Below, in pieces: positions 23,225 to 34,900 of a DNA stretch of 64,000 nucleotides (position 1 is its first letter; each line of letters begins with the position of its first letter). Source of the stretch: Eledone cirrhosa (Eukaryota). The stretch lies in contig OZ024740.1 in assembly GCA_964016885.1 (NCBI GenBank), forward strand, positions 355,446,001 through 355,510,000. Reading direction: 5' to 3'. The notes under the pieces were generated by a model. The model did not search any database. It saw nothing but the letters and a program-made list of their open reading frames with translations, and was not told the origin of the DNA. Position numbers and translations under genes: made by a program.

Positions 23225-23935
23225 TTTTTTTTTTTTTTATTGTGTTGTATCAGATGAAAGAATGGTATTGGTACGCGATGGGGCCCACCCACAGCCCCGG
23301 CGGACAGAATGGAGAAGGCGTTTCCCCGGAGGACGGCAAGGGAGAAAAGCTGGAAAAGCCACTCCAACTCGCCGGGCTCACACCTGCGGCTGGCTAGCTC
23401 AGCGCCTATAGTGATGAGTAAGGAGGTAGCCCTAGGGCCGAGGACACCAGAAGTCTCAACTGCTAGGGGAACGACCGCGAACCTGTCGGAGAGCGACCGG
23501 TATTTGAGGAGTTTGGCTCCCTCAGCCCGATGTGCAGCAGAACCTGGGTCAGTCGCAGACTGCACCAGGTTGCGGCTGCAGAAAGTGTCGGTGCAAGTAG
23601 CATCCCAGACGAGGGGTTTGCCACCGCGGAACGGGAAGATGGTCATGCCATCTGGCCTTTTGCTGTCCCCTCAATCCAGCCCCACCGGCTCGAGCTGGGA
23701 AGGGAAGCCTGCAGCGTCCAAGCCATGCTTAATTACCTCATTGAGAGCAGCATGGCGTGGAATGCGGCCGGCACTGTGGCGACAGGAAAGCGGGTGGAGG
23801 CCGAAAGAGTCCATGGTGGAACCACAGCGACATTGGTGTGGCTGGCAGATCCGGAGGCCGAGCCTCAGAAAAACGCAGATTAGCAGGCTATGGTTGTCTA
23901 GCTGCGTGCCAGTGGAGAAGGAGTTGTAGCCAGCC
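23225..23935 (-). mobile_element. CRE-clade non-LTR retrotransposon 3' fragment (zinc knuckle plus restriction-like endonuclease) with poly(A) tail
   Basis: HQCRCG...HPLSC...RHAALN...RPDGMTIFPFRGGKPLVWDATCTDT...AEGAKLLKY...PLAVETSG...AVLRGNA; poly(T) at 23225-23238 on the plus strand; GC-rich. Confidence 0.85.
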
Positions 23936-24374
23936 TTAAGCTACATGTCTCTTTAGTACACTGCATAACTGTGGAGATACATCAGCCACATTCCAGAATG
24001 ATCCTTTAACACCATTTTGACACAAAATTGTCAGAAATTCCCCATGGTCATAATGTTTAATAACTTAATGTAATATCTTTTAAGTTATGTTCCACACAAA
24101 CCTTAAATAAGAAAGTTTATTATATTACAAAACCTCTCAAAGTTCTTGATGTTTTTTTTTGTTTTTTTTTTTTGCAGAAGACCTGGAAGGGCCACAAAGA
24201 AATGAAGCGAAAATGCCTTGATGGATTTGTAATGAATTTGAATGTGTTCTGATGGATTTGTGCAAGAACTATCTAGTTTAAACAAACCAAGAGAAAAATT
24301 CTTAGATATTTTCAAAATGATTTGAAAATCATAGGCTGCATATTTTTCTATTTTTTCTAAAGATTAATATACAT

Positions 24375-24655
24375 GCTGTAAAGTGGTTGCTGTTAAGAAG
24401 GTCATGAAGCTATAGAAATCATGATATAAAGTGTTTGGTGTTAAGAAGGGCATCCAGCCATAGGAACTTGGTTCCCAGTATATATTGTAAAGTGGTTGGT
24501 ATAAGAAGGGTATCCAGCCATAGAAACCAAGTCAAAATGAAGCAAATGAGCAGGACGTAGTTACGCGATTGGTCTGGCATGGGACAGCCCATCTAACCCA
24601 CGCAAGCATAGAAAATAGACATTAAACAGTGATGATGAGGATGATGATGATGATT
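24375..24655 (+). mobile_element. Degenerate RTE-tailed SINE with a triplicated core motif
   Basis: taaagtggttggtgttaagaagggcatccagccatag-like motif three times; ends cccatctaacccacgcaagcatagaaaatagacattaaa followed by (tga)n. Confidence 0.7.
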
Positions 24656-24769
24656 ATATATATAATTTCCCAGATTCTTTTGCTGATTTTCCTCAGATTT
24701 TTTTCAAATTTTTATTGGATTTTTCCAGATTCCCGATTCTTTGGATTTTCCCAAATTTTCCTAATCCTA

Positions 24770-25165
24770 CGAAACTGCCTAAAACCCCAAACTGCTTAAA
24801 AACATTAAACTCCCGAAGCCACCTAAATCCCCCAAACCACATAAAACCCTGAAACCGCCTAAATTTCAGGGGTTTGGGTGGTATTGGGGGTTTCAGTGTT
24901 CTGGGCGGTTTCAGGGTTTCGGGAATTTAGGTGGTTTCGGGGGTTTAGGCGGTTTGGGGGGTTTGGGGGGTTCAGGTGGGTCAGCGGTTTCGGGGGTTTA
25001 GGCAGTTTCGAGGGTACAGGCAGTCTTGTGATTTTCAGGGGGTTAGGTGGTATTGGTGGTTTAGATGGTTTCGGGGGTATAAGCGATTTAGGGGTTCAGG
25101 GAGGGGGGGGTAGGCGATTTTGTGTGTTTATGCAGTTTCAAGGTTTTAGGCGGTTTCGGGATTTT
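24770..25165. repeat. Degenerate ~17-18-bp ccccgaaaccgcctaaa tandem repeat that switches strand at ~24863
   Basis: C-rich units at 24770-24862, then G-rich reverse-complement units (tttaggcggtttcgggg) to 25165. Confidence 0.85.
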
Positions 25166-25249
25166 TTGCCTGAGTACACTGTATATATATAAAAATATTA
25201 TTACATTCATAGTTAAAATCCATGAATAACGGGGACAGTGAATATGTGG

Positions 25250-26154
25250 GGGTACAATCTGTATATCTGTTCGCAAGATTACTGTCTAGGAAAAAATAAC
25301 ACAGTAGTTTTATTTTTTAAGATATATTTATCATACTTGGGTCAGTTTGTCTTCATGACTTGTTCTTTCGGTCTTACTTGATAAACCCGCCATTGGCTTT
25401 GATGACGGCCTCAAGGCGGCCTCGGAACCGGCTACAGGCCTTCTTCACTGTCCCCCGACTTAGGCCCCTAAAGGCACTTGTGATCCTGGCCTTCAGATCG
25501 TCTTTCATATTGCAGCTAGATCTGTTGGTGTCTCGTTCCACTGCGCCCCACACAAAGAAGGTGAGGGGGTTGCAGTCAGTCGCCTGACTGCAACCCCCTG
25601 GGAGGCCAGATGTCAGTGTGGTCGACGAAGTTCTCTGACAGCCAGGCTTGGGTCTTTCGGCTGGTATGTCAGGGTGCTGAGTCTTGCTGCCACACGTACG
25701 GCCTACCTGCAGCTACCTGGTCAATCCAGAGCTTTACTACCTCGCTCAGAACGCAAATGTAGCCATCGGTGTTCAGCTTGAGGCCCTCAGGGAAGAAGTG
25801 AGGTGGCATGACGTCACCTTGACTGTTGACGACACCTAAGACCAATGTTGTCGCTGGAAACTTTGTCTGCATGACTCTGGGCATGTCTTTGGATGAGACA
25901 CCATTCTCCTGCTCCTGCTGACGCTGAGAAAGTCTGAAATTTCCTTATTTGTCCTCCCGGCGCGGATTCCAAGAAGAACTCCATGTCTCTTCCACAAATT
26001 TGGAGGTTCAAAATTATTCATAATCAATTATTCTGAAAATAAATAATGGAAATATAGTCACTGTTTTTATGAAGACAAGAGTGACAACGGAAGTAAAAAA
26101 AATTTGCATAAAATTAGCAGCTGAAAATTGCGAACAGATGTCGTCCGCACTCTG
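25250..26154 (-). mobile_element. Internally deleted Tc1/mariner element (maT/DD37D-like) with transposase pseudogene
   Basis: VLGVVNSQGDVMPPHFF...YVWQQDSAP*HTSRKTQAWL...WPP...DCNPL...VWGAVE...ACSRFRGRLEAVIKANGGFI; TIR remnant atctgttcgcaa (25265) / ttgcgaacagat (26128); right end ...CTG|TA. Confidence 0.85.
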
Positions 26155-26319
26155 TATATATATCATATATATAATAGATTATTAGGTTCATAAGGAAAAT
26201 CCGTGAATAATGGTTCGCTATCACAGTTATACTATACTTTTTATTTGTATATATATACACAGTGTATTAAAGGTTTGATATTCGCGGTTATACTATACAT
26301 ATGTATATATATATATATA

Positions 26320-26432
26320 TCATCATTATCATCATCGTTTAACATCCATCTTCCACACTAGCATGGGTTAGACGGTTTTGTTCCATTTGATGCAGGAATG
26401 GTCGGGAGACCGTGTCTTGCTCCCTGGATGCC
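26320..26432 (-). mobile_element. RTE-tailed SINE fragment
   Basis: catcatcgtttaacatccatcttccacactagcatgggttagacgg...ctggatgccc. Confidence 0.65.
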
Positions 26433-26800
26433 CCTGAAACCGCCTAAACTCTGAAAACCCCAAAACTGCCTAAACCCCTGAAACCCGCCTAAAACTCTGA
26501 AACCGCCTAAACCCCCGAAACCGCCTAAAACCCCAAACCGCCTAAAACTCCCCGAAACCGCCTAAAACCCCGAAACGCCCGAAGCAGCCAAATCGCCCAA
26601 AACTTCCTAAATCCCCAAAACTCCACGAAACCATTTAAACCCACGAAACCCTCGAAACCGCCTAAAACCGAAACACCCAAAACCTCCTATACGCCCGAAA
26701 CCGCCTAACCCCCCGAAACAGCATAAACCCCCGAAACCACCTAAATCCCCGAACCCACCTAAACACCCAAAACCGCCTAAACCTCCAAAACCACCTAAAA
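26433..26800. repeat. Second block of the ccccgaaaccgcctaaa tandem repeat
   Basis: About 20 degenerate units; inverted relative to 24863-25165. Confidence 0.9.
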
Positions 26801-27039
26801 AGCATATTTGTGGTTGTTATTCAATTGTCAGAAAAGAAAAAAAAAATCACTAACACAAAAAGTTTATTTATTTTGTTTTTCTTTTGAAAAAGAAAGAAGG
26901 ATTCTGTTTGAAATGTCAGGATTCACCTTTCCTTACAACACACTCACTAATTTCTCTTTACAAATTTAATTTATAATTTGACTTGAAATAAAATAAGGTT
27001 CATGTGAATTTGTAATTTTGTACTAACATGTAATGCTTC

Positions 27040-27268
27040 TTGCTACTTCTATAACAACCAAGCAAAACATTAAAACCCTCATGCTTCCCGAAATTCGACA
27101 AAACTACACCTGATGTCCCCCTTCCATACACATGCACACATCATGACTCATGCACTGTTCATTTTCCTGACGTTTGTACATTACCCTATGTACTATACAT
27201 ACACTTTTGATGAGTTGTAGTGCATCTGAGCACTGTACACAATATTTTCATTATTATTTTCATTATAA
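27040..27268 (+). mobile_element. Probable LINE (CR1/L2-like) 3' end fragment
   Basis: Ends ...gtgcatctgagcactgtacacaatattttcattattatt with a short terminal stem-loop and (ATT)n-like tail; family assignment uncertain. Confidence 0.4.
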
Positions 27269-27804
27269 TCATATAAAGCTAGCTATATAATCAACAATGC
27301 AATCCATCTTGTGGTATTGCAGCTTGCACTTTACTGGAAATTGGAACTGTCACAGATTTATCTTACATAAACTTTATCCTAATGAGTTTGTATTGTTTTG
27401 TTTTTTACACTGATTCAAAACTTAACATTTTTAGGATGAAGGGGGTGATTGTTGGTTGTATTATCTCCCAATATATACCTGGAAGCAAATCTACTATATA
27501 TTTGAGAGTGTATGTGTGTATGTATATATGTATGGTGAAAAGTCTCTGAAATGGTACATTCTAGATCAAAACAGATTTGACTTTCGAAATCTGCATCCCA
27601 AGGAGAATGTTTTGGGGCAAATAAAGTTTCTTAATTCCGAAAAGAATAAAAGAAAAACCAAAAAATAGAAAATAAAAATACTACCAATTACTGTTACTGT
27701 AACAATTTAAGTAGTCTAGCTTTTATTGATTGTCTCATGCATTCCTTCAGCTTCATCTTATTATTCGATCCATCCATGCCACCAACAAGGAGTATTGTTT
27801 ACAC

Positions 27805-28138
27805 CAGGGGTTCTCAACCTTTTTTTCACTGTAGACCACCAAAATAAGTAATATTTTCCTGTGGACCACCTAAACTTTTAAATCTTTTGTAATAGAACTG
27901 CTACTTATAAGCATCAGTAGATGTTTTTTTCAATGAATTAGAAAATGTTATCATGTCGCAGTGCCTAAAAATCTACGCAAATAAACAGCTGAAGTCGTAC
28001 TTATGCGAAGAATAAGAACAGCGCTTTAAGTCAAATGCATGGATCAAAAAAGAATTTGCTATTGAAAATTTTCTGTGGACCACCTGAATTTTCCTGTGGA
28101 CCACTAGTGGTCCACATGGACTAGGTTGAGAACCACTG
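27805..28138. mobile_element. hAT (Charlie-like) MITE with 8-bp TSD
   Basis: TIRs CAGGGGTTCTCAACC / GGTTGAGAACCACTG; TSD gtttacac at 27797-27804 and 28139-28146; subterminal gtggaccac repeats. Confidence 0.93.
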
Positions 28139-28409
28139 GTTTACACTATGAGGCAGAGAGTTGTTCTCACAGAGGTCACCCAATGTTTATGTGAAGATGC
28201 CCACACTAAAGTAAACAACAAGCCACTGCTACTACTTCAACATACAGCTCCACTGAGTAAATTTCTTTAGAAAGCACCTCTAGGATGGGTCACAGGGAAT
28301 AGGTAATGGGAGATAAGACACAAGGGAGACATGGATGACATGGAATCAAAAAAATTGAAAGAAAATCATTCTATAGGGAAAATAACCTGGCAATGATGGG
28401 CTTCCCTGC

Positions 28410-28935
28410 TAGTAATAGATATAATTGTTTCTACTTTTGGCACAAGGCCAGCAATTATCCCAGTGTATTACTGGTGCTTTATTTTATCAACCTCCATAAG
28501 GATGAAAGGCAAAGTTAACCACAGCGGGATTTGAACTCAGACCGTAAAAGGCCGTAACTCTATGCTGCAAAGCATCAGATCTGATAGTAATAGATATAAT
28601 TGTTTCTACTTTTGACACAAGGCCAGCAATTACTCAGTGCATTACTGGTACTTTATTTTATCTACCTCGTAAGGATGAAAGGCAAAGTTAACCTTGGTGG
28701 GATTTGAACTCAGACCGTAAAGGGACGTAACTATGCTGGAAAGCATGGCGTCCGACCTTCTACTGATACTGCCAATCCCCCATAGTAATAGATATAATGA
28801 TTCCTAATTTAGGCACAAGGCCAGCAAATATGGAGTGGGTTGACCTTGGTTAGATTTGAACTAAGAACATAAAGAACTAGAACAAATACTGCTCAACATT
28901 TGTCTGATGTTCTAACAAATCTGCCAATCCACTGA
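28410..28935 (-). mobile_element. Three tandem tRNA-derived SINEs immediately left of the satellite
   Basis: Units start after tagtaatagatataat at 28410, 28585 and 28783; middle copy is near full length with A-box tggcagtatcag and B-box gagttcaaatcc. Confidence 0.85.
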
Positions 28936-28998
28936 GTTAATAATGGATATAATATGAACTAGTTTGAGATAGAAGAGAGTAACAAGCTCACTGATATG

Positions 28999-31900
28999 AG
29001 GTCAACTTTGGCATTCATCCATATAGAGTTCTTAGTTAAAAGCATGCCAAGGTCAACTTTGGCATTCATCCATATAGAGTTCTTAGTTAAAAGCATGCCA
29101 AGGTCAACTTTGGCTTTCATCTATATAGAGTTCTTAGTTAAAAGCATGCCAAGGTCAACTTTGGCTTTCATCTATATAGAGTTCTTAGTTAAAAGCATGC
29201 CAAGGTCAACTTTGGCTTTCATCCATATAGAGTTCTTAGTTAAAAGCATGCCAAGGTCAACTTTGGCTTTCATCCATATAGAGTTCTTAGTTAAAAGCAT
29301 GCCAAGGTCAACTTTGGCTTTCATCCATATGGAGTTCTTAGTTAAAAGCATGCCAAGGTCAACTTTGGCTTTCATCCATATAGAGTTCTTAGTTAAAAGC
29401 ATGCCAAGGTCAACTTTGGCTTTCATCCATATAGAGTTCTTAGTTAAAAGCATGCCAAGGTCAACTTTGGCTTTCATCCATATGGAGTTCTTAGTTAAAA
29501 GCATGCCAAGGTCAACTTTGGCTTTCATCCATATAGAGTTCTTAGTTAAAAGCATGCCAAGGTCAACTTTGGCTTTCATCCATATAGAGTTCTTAGTTGA
29601 AAGCATGCCAAGGTCAACTTTGTCTTTCATCCATATAGAGTTCTTAGTTAAAAGCATGCCAAGGTCAACTTTGGCTTTCATCCATATAGAGTTCTTAGTT
29701 AAAAGCATGCCAAGGTCAACTTTGGCTTTCATCCATATAGAGTTCTTAGTTGAAAGCATGCCAAGGTCAACTTTGTCTTTCATCCATATAGAGTTCTTAG
29801 TTAAAAGCATGCCAAGGTCAACTTTGGCTTTCATCCATATAGAGTTCTTAGTTAAAAGCATGCCAAGGTCAACTTTGGCTTTCATCCATATAGAGTTCTT
29901 AGTTGAAAGCATGCCAAGGTCAACTTTGTCTTTCATCCATATAGAGTTCTTAGTTAAAAGCATGCCAAGGTCAACTTTGGCTTTCATCCATATAGAGTTC
30001 TTAGTTAAAAGCATGCCAAGGTCAACTTTGGCTTTCATCCATATAGAGTTCTTAGTTGAAAGCATGCCAAGGTCAACTTTGTCTTTCATCCATATAGAGT
30101 TCTTAGTTAAAAGCATGCCAAGGTCAACTTTGGCTTTCATCTATATGGAGTTCTTGGTTAAAAGCATGCCAAGGTCAACTTTGGCTTTCATCCATATGGA
30201 GTTCTCAGTTAAAAGCATGCCAAGGTCAACTTTGTCTTTCATCCATATGGAGTTCTCAGTTGAAAGTATGCCAAGGTCAACTTTGTCTTTCATCCATATG
30301 GAGTTCTCAGTTGAAAGTATGCCAAGGTCAACTTTGTCTTTCATCCATATGGAGTTCTCAGTTGAAAGCATGCCAAGGTCAACTTTGTCTTTCATCCATA
30401 TGGAGTTCTCAGTTGAAAGTATGCCAAGGTCAACTTTGTCTTTCATCCATATGGAGTTCTTAGTTAAAAGCATGCCAAGGTCAACTTTGGCTTTCATCCA
30501 TATGGAGTTCTCAGTTGAAAGCATGCCAAGGTCAACTTTGTCTTTCATCCATATGGAGTTCTTAGTTAAAAGCATGCCAAGGTCAACTTTGTCTTTCATC
30601 CATATGGAGTTCTTAGTTAAAAGCATGCCAAGGTCAACTTTGTCTTTCATCCATATGGAGTTCTCAGTTAAAAGCATGCCAAGGTCAACTTTGTCTTTCA
30701 TCCATATGGAGTTCTCAGTTGAAAGTATGCCAAGGTCAACTTTGTCTTTCATCCATATGGAGTTCTCAGTTGAAAGCATGCCAAGGTCAACTTTGTCTTT
30801 CATCCATATGGAGTTCTCAGTTGAAAGCATGACAAGGTCAACTTTGTCTTTCATCCATATGGAGTTCTCAGTTGAAAGTATGCCAAGGTCAACTTTGGCT
30901 TTCATCTATATAGAGTTCTCAGTTGAAAGTATGCCAAGGTCAACTTTGTCTTTCATCCATATGGAGTTCTTAGTTAAAAGCATGCCAAGGTCAACTTTGG
31001 CTTTCATCCATATGGAGTTCTCAGTTGAAAGCATGCCAAGGTCAACTTTGTCTTTCATCCATATGGAGTTCTTAGTTAAAAGCATGCCAAGGTCAACTTT
31101 GTCTTTCATCCATATGGAGTTCTTAGTTAAAAGCATGCCAAGGTCAACTTTGTCTTTCATCCATATGGAGTTCTTAGTTAAAAGCATGCCAAGGTCAACT
31201 TTGGCTTTCATCCATATGGAGTTCTTAGTTAAAAGCATGCCAAGGTCAACTTTGTCTTTCATCCATATGGAGTTCTTAGTTAAAAGCATGCCAAGGTCAA
31301 CTTTGGCTTTCATCCATATGGAGTTCTTAGTTAAAAGCATGCCAAGGTCAACTTTGTCTTTCATCCATATGGAGTTCTTAGTTAAAAGCATGCCAAGGTC
31401 AACTTTGTCTTTCATCCATATGGAGTTCTTAGTTAAAAGCATGCCAAGGTCAACTTTGGCTTTCATCCATATGGAGTTCTTAGTTAAAAGCATGCCAAGG
31501 TCAACTTTGTCTTTCATCTATATGGAGTTCTTAGTTAAAAGCATGCCAAGGTCAACTTTGTCTTTCATCTATATGGAGTTCTTAGTTAAAAGCATGCCAA
31601 GGTCAACTTTGTCTTTCATCCATATGGAGTTCTTAGTTAAAAGCATGCCAAGGTCAACTTTGTCTTTCATCTATATGGAGTTCTTAGTTAAAAGCATGCC
31701 AAGGTCAACTTTGTCTTTCATCCATATGGAGTTCTTAGTTAAAAGCATGCCAAGGTCAACTTTGTCTTTCATCTATATGGAGTTCTTAGTTAAAAGCATG
31801 CCAAGGTCAACTTTGTCTTTCATCCATATGGAGTTCTTAGTTAAAAGCATGCCAAGGTCAACTTTGTCTTTCATCTATATGGAGTTCTTAGTTAAAAGCA

Positions 31901-34900
31901 TGCCAAGGTCAACTTTGTCTTTCATCCATATGGAGTTCTTAGTTAAAAGCATGCCAAGGTCAACTTTGTCTTTCATCTATATGGAGTTCTTAGTTAAAAG
32001 CATGCCAAGGTCAACTTTGTCTTTCATCCATATGGAGTTCTTAGTTAAAAGCATGCCAAGGTCAACTTTTTCTTTCATCCATATGGAGTTCTTAGTTAAA
32101 AGCATGCCAAGGTCAACTTTGTCTTTCATCCATATGGAGTTCTCAGTTAAAAGCATGCCAAGGTCAACTTTGTCTTTCATCCATATGGAGTTCTTAGTTA
32201 AAAGCATGCCAAGGTCAACTTTGTCTTTCATCCATATGGAGTTCTTAGTTAAAAGCATGCCAAGGTCAACTTTGTCTTTCATCCATATGGAGTTCTTAGT
32301 TAAAAGCATGCCAAGGTCAACTTTGGCTTTCATCCATATGGAGTTCTTAGTTAAAAGCATGCCAAGGTCAACTTTGTCTTTCATCCATATGGAGTTCTTA
32401 GTTAAAAGCATGCCAAGGTCAACTTTGTCTTTCATCCATATGGAGTTCTCAGTTAAAAGCATGCCAAGGTCAACTTTGTCTTTCATCCATATGGAGTTCT
32501 TAGTTAAAAGCATGCCAAGGTCAACTTTGGCTTTCATCCATATGGAGTTCTTAGTTAAAAGCATGCCAAGGTCAACTTTGTCTTTCATCCATATGGAGTT
32601 CTTAGTTAAAAGCATGCCAAGGTCAACTTTGTCTTTCATCTATATGGAGTTCTTAGTTAAAAGCATGCCAAGGTCAACTTTGTCTTTCATCCATATGGAG
32701 TTCTTAGTTAAAAGCATGCCAAGGTCAACTTTGTCTTTCATCTATATGGAGTTCTTAGTTAAAAGCATGCCAAGGTCAACTTTGTCTTTCATCCATATGG
32801 AGTTCTTAGTTAAAAGCATGCCAAGGTCAACTTTGTCTTTCATCTATATGGAGTTCTTAGTTAAAAGCATGCCAAGGTCAACTTTGTCTTTCATCTATAT
32901 AGAGTTCTTAGTTAAAAGCATGCCAAGGTCAACTTTGTCTTTCATCCATATGGAGTTCTTAGTTAAAAGCATGCCAAGGTCAACTTTGGCTTTCATCTAT
33001 ATAGAGTTCTTAGTTAAAAGCATGCCAAGGTCAACTTTGTCTTTCATCCATATGGAGTTCTTAGTTAAAAGCATGCCAAGGTCAACTTTGGCTTTCATCT
33101 ATATAGAGTTCTTAGTTAAAAGCATGCCAAGGTCAACTTTGGCTTTCATCTATATAGAGTTCTTAGTTAAAAGCATGCCAAGGTCAACTTTGGCTTTCAT
33201 CTATATAGAGTTCTTAGTTAAAAGCATGCCAAGGTCAACTTTGTCTTTCATCCATATGGAGTTCTTAGTTAAAAGCATGCCAAGGTCAACTTTGGCTTTC
33301 ATCTATATAGAGTTCTTAGTTAAAAGCATGCCAAGGTCAACTTTGGCTTTCATCTATATAGAGTTCTTAGTTAAAAGCATGCCAAGGTCAACTTTGTCTT
33401 TCATCCATATGGAGTTCTTAGTTAAAAGCATGCCAAGGTCAACTTTGGCTTTCATCCATATGGAGTTCTTAGTTAAAAGCATGCCAAGGTCAACTTTGGC
33501 TTTCATCTATATAGAGTTCTTAGTTAAAAGCATGCCAAGGTCAACTTTGGCTTTCATCTATATGGAGTTCTTAGTTAAAAGCATGCCAAGGTCAACTTTG
33601 GCTTTCATCCATATGGAGTTCTTAGTTAAAAGCATGCCAAGGTCAACTTTGGCTTTCATCTATATAGAGTTCTTAGTTAAAAGCATGCCAAGGTCAACTT
33701 TGTCTTTCATCCATATGGAGTTCTTAGTTAAAAGCATGCCAAGGTCAACTTTGGCTTTCATCTATATAGAGTTCTTAGTTAAAAGCATGCCAAGGTCAAC
33801 TTTGGCTTTCATCCATATATAGTTCTTAGTTAAAAGCATGCCAAGGTCAACTTTGTCTTTCATCCATATGGAGTTCTTAGTTAAAAGCATGCCAAGGTCA
33901 ACTTTGGCTTTCATCTATATAGAGTTCTTAGTTAAAAGCATGCCAAGGTCAACTTTGTCTTTCATCCATATGGAGTTCTTAGTTAAAAGCATGCCAAGGT
34001 CAACTTTGTCTTTCATCCATATGGAGTTCTTAGTTAAAAGCATGCCAAGGTCAACTTTGGCATTCATCCATATAGAGTTCTTAGTTAAAAGCATGCCAAG
34101 GTCAACTTTGGCATTCATCCATATAGAGTTCTTAGTTAAAAGCATGCCAAGGTCAACTTTGGCTTTAATCTATATAGAGTTCTTAGTTAAAAGCATGCCA
34201 AGGTCAACTTTGGCTTTCATCCATATAGAGTTCTTAGTTAAAAGCATGCCAAGGTCAACTTTGTCTTTCATCCATATGGAGTTCTTAGTTAAAAGCATGC
34301 CAAGGTCAACTTTGGCTTTCATCTATATAGAGTTCTTAGTTAAAAGCATGCCAAGGTCAACTTTGTCTTTCATCCATATGGAGTTCTTAGTTAAAAGCAT
34401 GCCAAGGTCAACTTTGGCTTTCATCTATATAGAGTTCTTAGTTAAAAGCATGCCAAGGTCAACTTTGTCTTTCATCCATATGGAGTTCTTAGTTAAAAGC
34501 ATGCCAAGGTCAACTTTGGCTTTCATCTATATAGAGTTCTTAGTTAAAAGCATGCCAAGGTCAACTTTGTCTTTCATCCATATGGAGTTCTTAGGTAAAA
34601 GCATGCCAAGGTCAACTTTGTCTTTCATCCATATGGAGTTCTCAGTTGAAAGTATGCCAAGGTCAACTTTGTCTTTCATCCATATGGAGTTCTTAGTTAA
34701 AAGCATGCCAAGGTCAACTTTGTCTTTCATCTATATGGAGTTCTTAGTTAAAAGCATGCCAAGGTCAACTTTGTCTTTCATCCATATGGAGTTCTTAGTT
34801 AAAAGCATGCCAAGGTCAACTTTGTCTTTCATCTATATGGAGTTCTTAGTTAAAAGCATGCCAAGGTCAACTTTGTCTTTCATCCATATGGAGTTCTTAG

